DNA of 64,000 bases, taken from NCBI GenBank assembly GCA_900553985.1, contig USFW01000002.1, positions 875-64,874 on the forward strand, written 5' to 3'. Position numbers and translations under genes: made by a program. The notes below the pieces were generated by a model. That model was not told where the DNA came from. It did not search any database and saw only the letters and a program-made list of their open reading frames with translations. Source of the stretch: an uncultured Clostridium sp. (GTDB lineage Bacteria > Bacillota > Clostridia > TANB77 > CAG-508). The first letter of the stretch is position 1, and the number at the start of each line of letters is the position of its first letter. This document shows, piece by piece, positions 60,813 to 64,000 of the stretch.

Positions 60813-63520
60813 TTTTATTCCCTCCTTGTAATTCTTTTATTATTAATTCTTGTTCTTTGCTTTGTTCTGATAATTCTTGAATTGCTTTTATTAGTGTCGC
60901 TATAATGGGCAATTCGTTTATATAATATTTATTGTCTATTACTTCATTTTTTTTATTTATTATTGGTTTTTTTAATACAAAATTATTGTTTATTTTTTCT
61001 ACTTGTTGTGCAATAATTCCAACATCTATATGTTCTTTACTCTCTTTCCAATCAAAGCTTTTAATTTCAATTTTCTTTAATGTTTCTACTGCATTTATAT
61101 CAGCATCTAATATATTTTCTTTTAATCTCTCATCAGAGGCAATATTGTTCGCATAAACATTTCCTTCAACAGATACAAAGCCATTACCACTAGCCATATC
61201 TACTCCAATTTGTGCTACATTTCTATCTAAATTACTATTAAAGTTTAATAAACTAGCACTTAATTCTGAATTTAATCTATCAGTTGATGTATCCGTTACT
61301 GAAAAACTGCTATTCCCTCCTGTTGATTTAAGTTCTATAAATCCCTCTTGGATTGTAGAATTTTTTATTGTAAAGTTTTCACAAGTTATATTATTCATTA
61401 TAGAATCACTACATTTTATATTTTCCATCGTAGCACTCTTACAAGTCATATTTCCTTCTTCATCTATTGAAAATTTTTCTCCATTTGCAATTACTGCTCC
61501 GTTTATTTTTGCATCGTTACAAGTCATGTTTCCTTTTTCATCTATTGTAAAGTTTCCGTTAATACTAGTAAAACCTTCTAATTGCAAGTTTTTAGCTAAA
61601 ATCTTGATTTGTTCAGGACTTAAATTTATGCTTGCTATTACTTCATCTTGATTTACCTTTTTGCTTACTTCTAAGCTTATTTCATCAGATAATCGTTTTA
61701 GTTTAGAATTTGTCTCTACTCTAGGTGCATATTCTTTGTTTAATTCGTTGTTGAAGATATATGTAGCTTTCATTTCCCAATCTTTAAATTCTTTAATGTA
61801 TACATAGTTAGTTCCTTTATATAGCATTATATTTGTTTCTTTTATTATTTCTTCCTTTGGTTCATCATATATTGTTGTAATTCCATTTTCATATTTTATA
61901 TATCTTAAAACTTTAGCTATACATGTGCCTTTTTCTTCATCAATTTCAATTACAAATTTATCATTTACATCATTAAAATTTCTTAATGGTTTTGAAATAT
62001 GAAATTCATACTCTTGCTTATAATATCCATTGCTTCTAGGAAAGAGTTTTTTGCTTGGAAATAATTTTTTACTTGGAAGTATTGGCTTTGGAGATACAAA
62101 TCTACTTGTTCTTCCTACCACTACTGTAATTGTTGTTCCACCCTTTTTTGGAAATAACTTTATACTAGGAAACAGTTTCTTGCTTGGATAAATTCCTTTA
62201 ACAGTCTTTGCTTTTGCCTCAAATTTTAATATATTGGTTGGTAATGCATCTTCTAGCATTAATTCATTTATACCTGTTACACTTTTATCAAATTCATATA
62301 TCTTTTTTACTTCATCTGTTATGCTATCTATGTCTTGAGAATGTTCTGTTAATTTATTACTAAAGTCTGTTTGTTCTTCTACTAATTGTGTTATCTTTCC
62401 TTCTGCCTCATCAATTCTGCTTTGTACTCTTCGATTAATTACCTTCTGAGATGGTTCTTTAACTGTTGTTTCTTGTTTTTGCTTTATTTCTATTTTACTT
62501 GTAATTTCTGCTATAAATCTTCCCTGAAAATCTAATTCTCCTTGGTACACAATAGTTTTTCCATCAACAATTATTTTATCTCCAACATCTAGAGCTGGGT
62601 CTATTATCGTTTTTCCTTCAAAACTATTGGCAGTCAAATCTTTTAAATTGTCATATATAGCTTTTACTTGTTGTTCGTCTACAATATACATATTTTCTTG
62701 ATTTATCCATAAAGTATTGCCTGTTTCATTTCCGAATTTAAAACTTTCTATCCCATTTTCATAATTTACTTTTGTAATTTTATATTGTTCTCCCCATTTA
62801 TAACTAGCAAATAATTCTAATGGAATAGTTTGTTCATCTTGGTATATTTTTCTTATATACAACTTTCCATCTCTGCCTATAAAAGCAAAACCTCCCGCGC
62901 TTTCAGATATGTAGCTTAAATATTCTCTTGCAGTTACTGTATTATCATACACAGATATTTCCTTGTCAGAATTAAGAAAAGAAGTAGAACCGCAATTCTA
63001 CTCCTGCTTTTTTGCATATGTCTTTCAATACATCTAATAAAGTTGCTGGATATATTAATTTACTTCCATCATATTTAAACTCAAATTTAGACATATTGTC
63101 TATACATTTTATTGTTAATGTATTGTCATCATTATCTTCAAAATCGTCTATATTAAATATTCCGATTGGTAATATTTCAAAACTTTTATTATTTTTTGAT
63201 AAGCTTTTTACTTTTATTCCATTTAAAGTTCCTACTAGCATTCTATTTACTTCTGCAACAGTTAATCCATGGTTTATTAGTATTCCATAATCTACTTTGA
63301 CAGTTTTCATATCTTTGTATACTTTATCTTTATATATTTTAAATTCTATATATTTACTACTTACACTACCTAATTTTAATTCTTCATCAAATAATGTTTG
63401 TCCTACTTTAAAATCAAGTATGTAGTCAGGATTTATTAAAACTCCATCAATGTATATATTTAAAACATTTTGAGCATTTTTATATATATTTTCTTTCCAT
63501 TTTTGACTTGTATTATACAT
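60775..63520 (-). pseudogene. Tail-associated (Tal/prophage-tail family) protein with a C-terminal S74 intramolecular chaperone domain; frame broken near 62975-62995
   Basis: ORF 62972-63520 ends ..KKAGVELRFYFFS*. The frame of ORF 60775-62952 is open upstream as GSTSFLNSDKEISVYDNTVTAREYL, so this is one gene with a 1-nt shift. The C-terminus ASDERLKENI...VGIIAQQVEKI matches the Peptidase_S74 pattern. Confidence 0.65.
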
Positions 63521-63522
63521 TT

Positions 63523-63939
63523 CTAACCTCCTGCATTTAATACAGTTTGTTTCTGTTGTTCTGTCAATTCTTTTTGCATTAAATTAAAAGACACTTTCCA
63601 TTTAGATTTGGAAGTGTCTTCATCATTTCCTGTTAAATGCATTTCGCTTGTTCTTTTACTTACTCTAAATTTAGCATTTTCTAACATCCCACCTTTAACA
63701 GCTGGACATTTTACAGTAATTATAAGAGGATTTCTATAAGTTAGTTGTAGTAATTTTTCTGCTTCCTCTTCCGTCAGATAATCCCAACTCATTTCTAATT
63801 TTAACATTCCTACTGCTATTGGGTTATCTATTAATGCACCTGTTACTTTACTAGTATAACTATCGTTATCTGTATCTTCTATATTGTCTTTATATGTGCT
63901 TGGAGTTTTTTGTACTACTCCATCTACTTTCCATAACAT
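63523..63939 (-). CDS. Phage tail component, 138 aa (distal-tail position)
   Basis: It sits between the end of the upstream long gene and the Tal-like gene. No motif recognised. Confidence 0.4.
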   Translation of the reverse strand: MLWKVDGVVQKTPSTYKDNIEDTDNDSYTSKVTGALIDNPIAVGMLKLEMSWDYLTEEEAEKLLQLTYRNPLIITVKCPAVKGGMLENAKFRVSKRTSEMHLTGNDEDTSKSKWKVSFNLMQKELTEQQKQTVLNAGG

Positions 63940-63942
63940 ATT

Positions 63943-64000
63943 TTATCCTCCTACTAAAGCTTCTATTCCACTTCCGATTCTTCTTTTTTTATCTTTTAAA
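63943..64000 (-). CDS. 3' end of a phage gene running off the window (tape-measure position)
   Basis: The open frame ...LKDKKRRIGSGIEALVGG ends at stop 63943-63945. Only 19 codons are visible. Confidence 0.3.
   Translation of the reverse strand, partial: LKDKKRRIGSGIEALVGG

Larger units (their letters stand above)
52930..64000. mobile_element. Prophage, lysis/tail end (continues beyond the right edge)
   Basis: On the minus strand: tape-measure end, tail proteins, tail fibres, XhlA, holin and amidase. These are followed by accessory plus-strand genes, a MazEF-like pair and an XRE repressor. The left boundary is only approximate. Confidence 0.75.

Noticed and set aside
62960-63000. The frame change in the Tal-like tail gene as a programmed ribosomal frameshift.
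   Set aside because: Programmed frameshifts in tailed phages are established for the tail assembly chaperone upstream of the tape measure, not at this position. No slippery heptamer is evident. The window has several other unprogrammed-looking frameshifts.

Overview
Very AT-rich chromosomal segment from a spore-forming, Clostridium-like Firmicute (cotJABC, spoIIP and dpaB are present). I found no rRNA, tRNA or CRISPR array by eye. Roughly 5-43.7 kb is ordinary core genome: mnmA, an rsmB-like methyltransferase, a CDF transporter, a liaF-like gene, two lipid-kinase genes, pta-ackA-ackA, guaB, an MFS transporter, orphan dpaB, a LexA-boxed yneA-like gene, an xerC-like recombinase, cotJABC, pyk, an acyl-ACP thioesterase, pgi, spoIIP, dnaE and perR-rbr. 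There are three accessory pieces. (1) 0.5-5 kb holds a stand-alone GHKL-ATPase fused to a Shedu-like PD-(D/E)xK nuclease. It is preceded by a GC-rich hairpin cluster and five dyad-symmetric GTTCAC..GTGAAC sites, and followed by a large serine recombinase. (2) 44.29-52.92 kb is an ~8.6 kb integrative mobilizable element. It is bounded by a shared GGTACC core with imperfect inverted inner arms. It carries a second large serine recombinase, a MobV relaxase with an oriT-like region, a SMODS nucleotidyltransferase plus 4TM membrane protein (minimal CBASS-like pair), a 36-aa hydrophobic type-I-toxin-like cassette and four unknown ORFs. (3) 52.9-64 kb is the lysis/tail end of a prophage that runs off the window. 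It includes a MazEF-like pair, an XRE repressor, two copies of a 62-bp promoter-operator, endolysin, holin, XhlA and tail fibres. Two intergenic repeat families occur in the core region. At least six conserved genes are split by frameshifts, so either the assembly has indel errors or the genes are decaying. The best candidates for something new are the GHKL-nuclease locus with its unusual upstream DNA, and the cargo of the mobilizable element.
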